Below, in pieces: positions 53,943 through 64,000 of a stretch of DNA of 64,000 nucleotides (positions are counted from its first letter, which is position 1; each line of letters starts with the position of its first letter). Both the position numbers and the translations under genes were made by a program. The notes below the pieces were generated by a model that saw only the letters and a program-made list of their open reading frames with translations, did no database searches and had not been told where the DNA came from. The DNA comes from Azolla caroliniana. Lineage: Eukaryota; Plantae; Polypodiophyta. Where the stretch lies: assembly GCA_043228905.1 (NCBI GenBank), contig JBHGNT010000002.1, positions 23,064,001-23,128,000 on the forward strand. The letters run 5' to 3'.

Positions 53943-54212
53943 CCCTGACTTCTGCAGAGACAGAGACAGAGTGGGGCAGTGAGGAGGGAATCTTTCTGAG
54001 ATGTTCAAGAATCCAAAGACTTTATTTTACATACATACATCATACATGTATGATTGCAGATGGTATTATGTATCAGTGTCAGAGAATCTGGTGCAAAGGA
54101 GACAGACAGACAGAGATCTTTCCAAATGTGTAGAGAGATGAGATGGCCTACCTAGGCCATTGCAAGGATTGAACTGTAGTTCTATCAAAATTATGGGTTT
54201 TGTTGCAGACAT

Positions 54213-54538
54213 CTTTTAGATGTATAGAGGGAGGGAGGGCCTAGAGTCTAGACCATGGCAATTTAGGGTTTGAGCTTTGGGTTCTCTCAAAGATTTCTTG
54301 CTTCTTTTAGATGTATGGAGGGCCTAGGCCCTAGTCCATGGCAATTTAGGGTTTGAGCTTTGGGTTCTCTCAAGATTCCGCTTCTTTTAGATGTATGGAG
54401 GGCCTAGGCCTTAGTCCATGGCAATTTAGGGTTTGAGCTTTGGGTTCTCTCAAGATTCTAGCATCTTTTAGATGTATAGAGGGCCTAGGCCCTAGACCAT
54501 GGCAATTTAGGGTTTGAGCTTTGGGTTCTCTCAAGATT
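54213..54538. repeat. Four ~80-bp tandem units, each with a telo-box (TTTAGGGTTT), upstream of the methyltransferase
   Basis: CTTTTAGATGTAT...GGGCCTAG...CCATGGCAATTTAGGGTTTGAGCTTTGGGTTCTCTCAA at 54213, 54304, 54384 and 54465. Confidence 0.93.
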
Positions 54539-54989
54539 TGTTTATGACTTTTGATGCTATTGAGCTTTGCTTGGGTTGTCTCCGAGTTTAATTATGACTT
54601 TGATCCTACAAGTTTCAATCACCAAGCCCAAGACGCAAAAGAGAGAAAGAGAAAGAGAAAGCCCTACGTTGGCTCTTCTGGCTTAGTTGATGAGATTGTC
54701 TCGCAACTGACAACTGAAGGTGATGGTTGTTTAGCTCCGTTGATAAGATTGTCTGGTGGTGGACAACAGAAGGTCGATGGTTGTTATCTCAGTTGATAAG
54801 ATTTCCTGGTGGTGAACAACAGAGAAGATCATGTGATTGACCCCTACATTCAATGATGGCACCCAATACATTCAAAAAAAAAAAAAACTATCGTGTAATA
54901 GGGAGGTGTGAAAATCAAGTAGGAGGAATAGTCCAAACAGTTTACCATTAGGGTAAGGTACTCTCCAAAAGAGAGATAGATAGATGATT

Positions 54990-56100
54990 CTACTCCGAGA
55001 TCAAATATGAGCCTATGAGAGACCAAAAATATTACATTTCACATGATACATGCAAAAGTGAGTAGTGATGCTTGATGTTCAAGAACTTTACCAATGAATG
55101 TCGCAATTGAGAGTGCATGTCGTGGTTGTGAAAGAAATCGTGCAAGGATTGGGTTTGGTCGAAGATGTGTGGAAAGCATGGTCGAATATGATCAAAGGCA
55201 GAGCATTGTATCAAAGTGTGATACTTAGACTCTTGAACTTGTTTAGCGCAAAGTATGCATAGTTGACCACCCTCGTCACTTGTACCCCAATTCCCCCTCT
55301 CACATCGCAAAGCATGTGAGCTAAGTTGCATGCAATCAATGGTTTGAATGGCAGACAATGGTATGGCCTCTAAAATGTACCGATATGTATGATTTCCCTA
55401 TTCCGCGTAGAATATGGTTTTGTAGTTAGGTGCAACATGTGTAGTATAATGTGTGACGTGAGGGCCTCCACAGTTGTCCCATGTCATGATACATTGACGT
55501 TGCAACAAGGCCTCATTTACGGAGGAATCTAGTGATGCATCATGAAGCAAGCGTGTTGCATCCCATCTACCAAACCATTTTTCCATATCTTGCATCCAAC
55601 CGGAACACAAAATTTTGCTTTTATGTATCTTTTGGATCTTTTGCTTGCTTCCCATATCATGATTCGAGAAAGTCGATGTGAAGGACTTGGATCATTAATA
55701 CATTTGAGTGTCTGATTTTCATCTGCCATCAATAAGGCTATCAAAGTTTCATCTACATTCGAACATATGGGAGCTTGATTCAATTGACATTTACGTAAAG
55801 TTCTATGCATGTATCCCAATTATGGTTGGAGGACATTGATACCTTACCCTTGTAAGTGATAGCTTCACCCATCCGAGGCATATGGGTAAACTCATAACTG
55901 CTTCTTTATTACTATGTATTTTGTTTCTTGCATTAATCGATTCTTCATAGAAAGGCTCGTTGAAACAAAGCTAAGCATTGAAGAGCATGAACATCTCATG
56001 AGAAGAGCCACACATTGTATTGTCTCTAGAAGAGAACCAACATCAACCAATTGTTATCCTCACGTTGCCACGAAAGCATGTCACTTCAGGCCATTTGCCC
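54990..56100 (-). mobile_element. LINE 3' fragment of RTEX/L2-like type
   Basis: LSSHALRCERGNW...LCILC...ESKYHTLIQCSAFDHIR matches the SSH.L..E.GR + Cx2C..E..H...C ORF2 C-terminal motif. Upstream broken frames such as WMQDMEKWF. Ends at a (GA)n tract. Confidence 0.75.
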
Positions 56101-56152
56101 GATGAATAGAGTGAGTGAGAGAGAGAGAGGGGCAATGTTCATGAGATGAACT

Positions 56153-57302
56153 TGTGATGAACCTAAAACATGTGGGTCTCGAAACGAGACTAAAACACGG
56201 TTGGGAGAAGAGATAGTAGGCAAATGAGAGGTTTCATTAACATAACTTAAGCACGATTACAAAGACGATTAGTTACAAGCTCCTTAGAGCTATTATAATT
56301 AATGAGAGTGGGAGGAGAGAGTTTGCCAATCAAGGAATGAACAAAAATGAGGAGAAGCTCTTCCATTTATGTGCTAAGGGGTGGCTATTGGGTTACCCAA
56401 GCCATTATGTCAAGAACTATTATGCCAAGGGAGGCATTCCCTTTGTAGCAGGGTTTGGAGCTAGGTATTCTGTGAGTCCCAACTACGATTGGAATTGGTA
56501 GTCCCAACCCAAGGGTGGCACCCCTTCTTGGGAACTGGGATTGGGATTGGGATCAGTTCTCTTCTTGGGTCCCAACTTAGATTTGGACTGGTAGATGTAT
56601 GGGACAATCCAACCCAAACCTTGCTTGGGGTATGCTCGTGCAAAATCCATTTTGGAACTTCTTGGATCTGTCCAGACTCATTTAGGGTCACATCCCAGTT
56701 GGGATTGTGATAAACCTAAAACATAATGGTTTCGAAACGAACCCAAAACATGGTGGGGAGAAGAGATATCAAGCCAAAACTAAGATTAATTATCATTAAT
56801 ACTTAATGATGCTTACAAGAAGGTTGTATTACAAGCTCATTGGAGCTAACTAAGATTAAGGAGAGACTAAGTAACTTAGGAAATCGAGGAATGAATCAAA
56901 ATGAGGAGAAGCTCCCCTATATATAAGCTAAGGTGTGGTTGTTGGGTTACCTTAACTATGGATTTTGAACTTTTCCAGGCGGTTATGTGAAGAGTCATTA
57001 TGCCAAGAACCATTATACCCAGATAGGCGTTTTTGTAGCGGAGTGTGGGACTGGGTATTTCCGAAGTCCCAACTCAGATTGGGACTGGTGGTCCCAACCC
57101 AAAAGTGGCGCCCCTTCTTAGGGACTGAGACCAATTCCCTCCTTGGGTCCCGACATAGTTTGGGACTGGTGGGTACGTGGGACTATCCCAACCTAAACCC
57201 TTCTTTGGTTACGCTCATGCCAACTCCGTTTTCGGGGTCCTTGGTTTCCCTGTGACTCGGATTGGGGCTGATTGTGCGTTGGCTCATTTTAGGGACACGA
57301 CA
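56153..57302 (-). mobile_element. Two related, diverged LTR-like sequences in tandem (56153-56692 and 56706-~57302)
   Basis: Both start TGTGAT(G/A)AACCTAAAACAT and share GAAGAGATA, TTACAAGCTC, AAAATGAGGAGAAGCTC, GTCCCAACCCAA and CTCATTT(T)AGGG.CAC. The first has TGTGA...TCACA termini. No TSD or internal domain was found; strand is inferred from the TATA-like motif. Confidence 0.7.
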
Positions 57303-57374
57303 GATTGTTTCCCAGACGGAATGATGCTACAATTTAGAGCATAAATCTCAGACATAATGTCCTCTTCATAGTAG

Positions 57375-57426
<52 letters not shown>

Positions 57427-57697
57427 AGATGGATGGATAAATATGGAGGTTTCACTTCTTCATGATTCCCTACATTTTTTCATGTTTGGAGACCCTCTAT
57501 TTTTAGTAGAGACCTGTTTCAGAGAGAGACAGACACAGACACAGACACAGACACACACAGAGACAGAGACAGAGTACATGAATGTACAGAAGATCACAGA
57601 CTTTCCTCCATCCCCCCAGTGGAGCGAGTCTTTATAGAACTAGACAGAGGAGATATTCGCTGGATTCCCTGTTCAGACAGCAGGACAATTCCAATTC

Positions 57698-59746
57698 ATG
57701 TCGCCCTGGATAACCTCGTCTCCATCACCAATGTCATCATCACCATCACCATCACCATCACCATCATCAATGCCTTCTTCACCATCCCTGCTATCATCAT
57801 CATCATCATCATCTTCCATTTCACCATGGATGATGGCATTGCCCTTGATGACACGCCCATCGTTGCTGCTGTCGTCATCGAGGCCATCATCAGCTCCAAT
57901 GTCATCCTTTTCCACATCCACAACATTGCCATTGCTGATGCCATCATCACCAAGGTCGTCGAAAGATCGATCATGGGATGAACTCATCTCAAGGTATGCC
58001 TTACAAGGTGAATGGCAACATGCTCTCATCTTGTATGACAAAATGCAACGAGAGGACTCTCTGATGAACCTGAGTGAGTATACCTTTGTAATCTTACTCA
58101 AGGCATGTATTCAGCTCAATGACATCCATCGAGGCAATTCCATATACTCGGAGATTGCTAGAAAAGGCTTATCGGAAACAAACGTCTTCATTGGTAGCAC
58201 TTTAGTTCATATGTATGCCAAGTTTGGCATGCCTAGGAAAGCCAAAGAAGCATCCGATAGGCTTGTGGCACGAAACATCGTCTCATGGACATCATTGATC
58301 AATGCATATGCACAACATGGGTTGAGTCAAGAAGCTCTAGAATGTTTTGAGGAGATGCAAGAGGAAGGATTTTCTCCAAATTTGACCACGTTTTCATGTG
58401 TATTGAAAGCTTGTGGTACCATGCATTCGATTGAGAAAGGGCGAGAAATACATGCCATGATTCTCATGGAAGGGTTGTCTGCAGATCTTATGATTGGCAA
58501 CACGTTGATTGATATGTACATGAAACGAGCCCTCTTTGTATCCGCTCAAACCGTGTTTCGAAATCTTCCAATTCGTGATGCGATCTCGTGGACTACATTA
58601 ATAGGAGGATATGCTCAACATGGTCATTGCAAAGAAGGATCACGTTGCTTTGAAGAGATGCAACTGGATGGCGTGTCTCCTAATGTGGTAACATTTGTTA
58701 AAGTCTTGAAATGTTATTGCAATATGGATGAGCTTTGCAAAGGCCAAGATTTACATGCTATTGTTGTCAATGTGGGTCTTGAAAGAGAGCTTATTCTTGG
58801 TAGCTCATTGATTGATATGTATGCTAGATTCGTTTGTCTCGATGAAGTTGAGCGAGTGTTTTGGAGTTTGCGTGTCCGAGATGTTGTCTCATGGAATGCA
58901 CTCATTGAAGCATATGTTGAATGTGGATGTGGAGAAGAAGCACTAACATGCTTGAAGTACATGCAATTGGAAGGATTTTCTCCATCTGGAGCAACTTTTG
59001 CATGTAGCTTAAAAGCTTGTGCTACCATAGGAGCCGTTGAGAAGGGAGAAGACATATATTCTGAGATTTCATGGAAGGGGCTATTGGAGAATGATGTTTT
59101 TGTTGGTAATTCCTTGATCCACATGTATACTAGCTTTGGGATGGTTATGAAAGCTCGAGATGTGTTTGAAAAGCTTCCTATTCGAGACATAATTTCATGG
59201 AACACTCTAATAACCGGGTGTGCACACATTGGAGAATGTCGGGAAGCTTTCCTCATATTCATGGAAATGGTGGGAACTAGAAAACAAAAGCCAAATTTAG
59301 TTACTTTCCTTAACCTCCTTGGTGCTTGTAGTCATGGAGGATTAATACATGAAGGCCAGGCTTACTTTGAGGCAATGAATATGGATTATGGCCTCACTCC
59401 GACTCTCGAGCATTATAGTTGCATGGCGGATCTTTTAGGACGGTCAGGTCAATTAAAGATGGCAGTCACTATGGTTAAAAATCTGCCATGTCCATCAAAT
59501 ATTGTGGTTTGGAGAACATTATTGGGTGCTTGTCAAAAGTGGTGTAATGTGGAGATTGGAAGGGAGGTTTTTGAAGCCACGACTCGTTTGAATAAGAAAG
59601 ATGCTATGGCATATGTGTGTATGAGCAATATCTATGCAAATGCTGGATTGCACGAAGATGCACACAACATTGAAGCATTGAGAGTGAGCAATCAAGCCAG
59701 CAACTTTTCAGGGTATAATACTTGGCTTGATTCCAGCTGTAGATAA
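57698..59746 (+). CDS. PLS-E class pentatricopeptide repeat protein (no DYW) with a Ser/Pro-rich N-terminal extension
   Basis: The 682-aa ORF has PLS triplets (VSWTSLINAY, TFSCVLKAC, IGNTLIDMY), then VTFLNLLGACSHGGL and PTLEHYSCMADLLGRSG. E domain VVWRTLLGAC...AYVCMSNIYA. It ends at a degenerate PG box, SGYNTWLD. Confidence 0.93.
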   Translation: MSPWITSSPSPMSSSPSPSPSPSSMPSSPSLLSSSSSSSSISPWMMALPLMTRPSLLLSSSRPSSAPMSSFSTSTTLPLLMPSSPRSSKDRSWDELISRYALQGEWQHALILYDKMQREDSLMNLSEYTFVILLKACIQLNDIHRGNSIYSEIARKGLSETNVFIGSTLVHMYAKFGMPRKAKEASDRLVARNIVSWTSLINAYAQHGLSQEALECFEEMQEEGFSPNLTTFSCVLKACGTMHSIEKGREIHAMILMEGLSADLMIGNTLIDMYMKRALFVSAQTVFRNLPIRDAISWTTLIGGYAQHGHCKEGSRCFEEMQLDGVSPNVVTFVKVLKCYCNMDELCKGQDLHAIVVNVGLERELILGSSLIDMYARFVCLDEVERVFWSLRVRDVVSWNALIEAYVECGCGEEALTCLKYMQLEGFSPSGATFACSLKACATIGAVEKGEDIYSEISWKGLLENDVFVGNSLIHMYTSFGMVMKARDVFEKLPIRDIISWNTLITGCAHIGECREAFLIFMEMVGTRKQKPNLVTFLNLLGACSHGGLIHEGQAYFEAMNMDYGLTPTLEHYSCMADLLGRSGQLKMAVTMVKNLPCPSNIVVWRTLLGACQKWCNVEIGREVFEATTRLNKKDAMAYVCMSNIYANAGLHEDAHNIEALRVSNQASNFSGYNTWLDSSCR

Positions 59747-62225
59747 GAAAACAAAACCGGGAAGAAAAACAACATATATGAATGGAAAACCGAATATCAT
59801 GATACGAAACCTCGATGCTTGTTGTTCAATACGATGTTGAGCGATTCAATCATATTGAACTACATTCCCTCCCATGTGAAAGTTGCAAGGCACCACAACT
59901 CTGGTACCCCCTTACCTAGCCGAGGGAAAACTAGATGTGAAAAGGAGTGGATATATTTGGGGTGATAAACCATATACCCAAGGAAGGGTACCTCAAAAGT
60001 ATTTCCCATCAAAAGTGCATAATATTGCGACTGAAAGTTGGACATGAAAATCGGTAGATGTAATATGGGGTGATCACATCAGCATGTGTGCGCAAGGAAA
60101 GGTACCTCAAAAGAATTTACAATCTAAACCTTGCACCCATCATATGTTGAACTAGATATACAGAGTTTTGACTATATATGTATATATATGTCCAGACACC
60201 TCTATATGTATTTGGACAAGACTATTCTAGGCAGTTGTCCTATAGTAAATGGAAAAGTAGACCCTACCACAAATGACACCAGTTTTTTGTTCAGCCTCCC
60301 CACATGTTGGCGATCCTACCAGGAACCTTGATTGCAATAAACAAGATAAAATCACGAATATATTGTGAAGTAGACATGATTATCCACGAAGACTACAATA
60401 ATTCTATGGACTTATTGAGCACCATTGATATTGCTATCCATGGTTTTAGGCTTATCAAAATGTGTTGATATCATTAAGGGTTTTAGTTTATATAGTCTGA
60501 ATAAAATATGTCGGCAATATGCGATGCTAGAAACATGCTCAATAAGAACTTCAATAAAATTGGCACTTTGTTTCAAGCTATAAGCACTTTCATTTTCTTA
60601 TGAGCGTGTTGGGTTTAGTTGATAACACATTTCAACTTCTCTTAGTAGTGGCATATCCTTATAACTTCTTCCAATCTTCGGTAAGACCATTGTCCCCATC
60701 ATCGTCTACTAGCAAAATGCCCAAATTTATCCATTTGTCTCAATCAATAGGCTTAAAAAAAGAGAGTACCATGTTCACCCCACTAGTCTTTGGTCTTGCC
60801 ACACAAGTCAACAAAACAACATTCAAACTCTACAAATAACATCAATGTGACGCTCTTTCCTCCTTTTCGTGATGCCTCCCATTGGTTGAATGTATAAACA
60901 TATTGCCATGGTCCTCTCAACCACAAATTGTTCAAATAATGACTCCTCAAATACTCCCAAGAGTTGCGGGCTTTACTACTTTTTCGTAAACACAATGCAC
61001 ATGAGACCACCCAATTGAATTCTAATATCCTTGTATGTCTTGCATCGTTTAAAATCATCTCTTCATTTTATATCTTTAAAAAAATCTAAGATGTTGCCCC
61101 GTTAAAATCGGTCAATAGTCTTTACCACTTTTTCAACCACCCTCTTTACAACCTCCATATTATCCAATTCTTGAAACATTTGCTCTGTCATAATTGTTGC
61201 AAATCTTTAATTGGCAATTCTGCCATATTCCCTTGCCACTCTTTCATGTTGGGCTCACCAAAGATTTTGCATGAATCCACGAGAAGGATGCGAAATGTAC
61301 GAGACAAAACATAAGGTCCTTCATAGTGTTTATGAGAGCTAAGCATGTAAGTTGGTACGTGAGTGTGATTCTTACCATTTTCCCCTCTTGATGTATAGAG
61401 GGCACTTATTCTCATGTCACATATGTGTGGATTTACATAAAAGTATGTACTTGTCAATGTACATTTTGTAATTGCATGTGCATCTGAAATCATATTTGAG
61501 TATATGTATTTGTATTTATGTTTATGTAGCAAAGCTATGAATGTTTGTTCGTGTTTGTATGAATGTTTGTGTGTTTAGATATGCTTATGTCGGTGTTTTT
61601 GTTTGTATACACGTGTATGAGCAAATCTGTGACTGTGTGTGTGCACAAAAGGTAGTATGTATGGCACTAAAATCTTTTGGTTATCAATGTGCATGAAAGG
61701 CAATGGTAGTGGCAAACAACTCCCCATCTATTGTATTTCAGTTACATGCCATATCCTGTCCTTATCCCCCACCAAATAAAATAAGGTTATAAGAGAAATT
61801 TTTGTTGCATTATTTACATATGTTCAAACATTACAACTTTATTTATGGATTCAACCCCAAATAAAATAAGGTTATAACTTTATGCAAGAGCTCAAATTAG
61901 GGGTCATACTGCCTAGAGAGGTAGTCAGGTTAACAAAAGAAGCAAAATATAATATTGAAAACTAGTAGTGGGTTAACAAAAGAAGCACAATGTAACCTTG
62001 AAAACTACAATTGAAGTGTATGAAATCATTGTTCTTATTCCTAAAGATTATCTGGCAATATTACATTGTTTATACCTTTCAACATGTGCACCATTTATCC
62101 ACTCAATGTCAAAGTATTTTTGGCTCCACAAAAGAAACATTCAAGACATGAAAACAACCTAATATTAATCTCTTATGCATACATGGTATGTATTTAATGT
62201 GATGCCTTTTTTTGTTAACGAAGCT

Positions 62226-62562
62226 TCCTTGGTAGATTATTAGGCAAACTCAAATCATAAACAATCCTTTTTTGTGGCATTCTATCCTCAAGGGATTGAA
62301 AGTCTCATCTTAATATTGAATTACGAGTGCACGTGCTTGATTCCAATTTTCAAACATGTATCGCTCGCTCAACCTTTTGGCTAGCATTCTCGTCCTTGGT
62401 AGATTATTAGGCAAACTCAAATCATAAACAATCCTTTTTTGTGGCATTCTATCCTCAAGGGATTGAAAGTCTCATCTTAATATTGAATTACGAGTGCACA
62501 TGCTTGATTCCAAATTTCAAACATGCATCGCTCGCTCAACCTTTTGGCTAGCATTCTCATCC
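62226..62562. repeat. 167-bp tandem duplication in decayed intergenic sequence
   Basis: TCCTTGGTAGATTATTAGGCAAACTC...CTAGCATTCTC at 62226 and 62393. Confidence 0.92.
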
Positions 62563-64000
62563 ATTTTCAAACGTTTGCCCAATCCTTTTCTCACTAGGTT
62601 CAATCATTGCAATCACCAACCCAAATTTCTATGATACCTTAGGACTCTTTATTAAACTCCATCCAACTACATGTGTTTTCACATTTTAGTTCCAATTTAT
62701 TACAATAAAACCTGCACATTGGCCTAAGCATAGGACACATAGCTTCCATTAAGTCATCATCATCCAACTACATTCTATATATTCTATTAAGATTGTAGGA
62801 TGTTATTTGCGCCATTGATCCACACCATTGTTAGTGTCTCCACAACATAGGTTAAAAGGTTTGATTAGAGCCCATGCAACTCCACCCCATCCCTCATCTT
62901 AGGGACAGTGAAAAAAAAAACCTCTAGATTTGGAAGGATGAAACATTCCAAAGTAGAAACCTAATATTTGGATATTTAAACTCATGCCACCTTGAAAGGA
63001 AGGAAAACAACATGCCATTTTTTTTTGAAGATTCACCTTGGTATTAATGGAAAGATGCCCAAAGGCTACAAAGAAATCATACATGAAAAGGTAACCACCA
63101 TACCCACATCAACCAACATGTCGAATAGCAAAAGCCCTCATGCAAGGACCTTAGAAATTGCATTTACACATCTAAAATCAGGATCCTTTCCATAATGAGG
63201 GGTGGAAAAAGCGACATTGGTGGAACATATCTCCACTTTATTCTCTCTCCAAAAGAGGTGAAGACCTCTCCCTTAGTCCACATATGTACATGTGGGATTT
63301 TGTGAGATGGGAAGGCTTGTTGAAGAAATACATAATTATGAAATGAGTGTGTTGATTTTCTTCTTCTCTCTAATAGAAAGCGGGTATTGGATATCTCTTA
63401 TGTTACAACAATCTGTTATTTCATACAATACAAGGTTTGGTCTACAATATCTTCTTTAGTAAATTGGGTATTGTGGAAGACAACATATGCAGTTGAGTTA
63501 GTTAAGGAGATATGGTCGATGCTTCTATATACTCTGACAGGACAATATGAGGCAATAACTGGCAAGCCTAATGTTGTCTTTCGTAAGCAATAACATGTAG
63601 TATTTACACTTTGGGTCAATAATAATTGAATTTCGATGAATTTAATGACCATTGGCAACTACTATACGAAAGATAAAGTGAGTAGATGGCTATATTACAA
63701 CTAAATCATCGAGTGAATAAATAACCCAAACTCTCTCTCTCTCTCTAAGTTTCCCTTTGTTATGGAATGTTGGTAAACAAATAACCCAAGGCCATCGCAT
63801 TAAATGCACCATTCTCTTCATTGACCACACTACAGAGGGTAGTTGGGATGTGCTCATACAATCATCCCCCAAGCCCTTTATCCACATCTCCTAATTCAAT
63901 ATCCATTTTGGTTATTCTTTTATGCGGTAAGTGTCTACAACATATGGCTACCCAAATTCCCATTTGTAAATTATCGCATTATCAAGTTTCATGAACTCCT

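Noticed and set aside
57619-58101. Antisense acidic ORF (57673-58101) and alternative-frame ORFs
   Set aside because: These are by-products of the (CAT/CAC)n repeat in the PPR N-terminus.
59900-64000. Short ORFs in the right-hand intergenic region
   Set aside because: Probably very old TE debris. No diagnostic motif was found, so no call was made.

Overview
This is AT-rich, intron-containing land-plant nuclear DNA. TE-filled introns, the PLS-PPR style and the LINE types suggest a fern or other seed-free plant, but this is inference. I can assemble eight protein-coding genes by hand from splice sites. They are: a 5'-truncated SAC-domain (FIG4/SAC1-5-type) phosphoinositide phosphatase (+, 16-17028); plastid DHDPS (+); DPM2 (+); an unrecognised 4-exon beta-strand-rich protein (-); two PLS-class PPR genes without DYW (+); an XBAT33-like ankyrin-RING E3 ligase (+); and a Methyltransf_16/METTL21-like methyltransferase (-). 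Introns and intergenic space hold a solo LTR, a Copia nested in a LINE, RTEX/L2-like and L1-like LINE remnants, a hAT-like MITE, two convergent gag copies around a 100-N gap, and many tandem arrays. The most interesting signals are a tandem IIDL (SIM-like) array on the RING ligase, the possible beta-barrel orphan gene, a cryptic in-frame duplicated SAC exon, a 110-bp hairpin, and promoter-proximal minisatellites in front of most genes. Exon boundaries and counts were read by eye and not checked against transcripts or databases.
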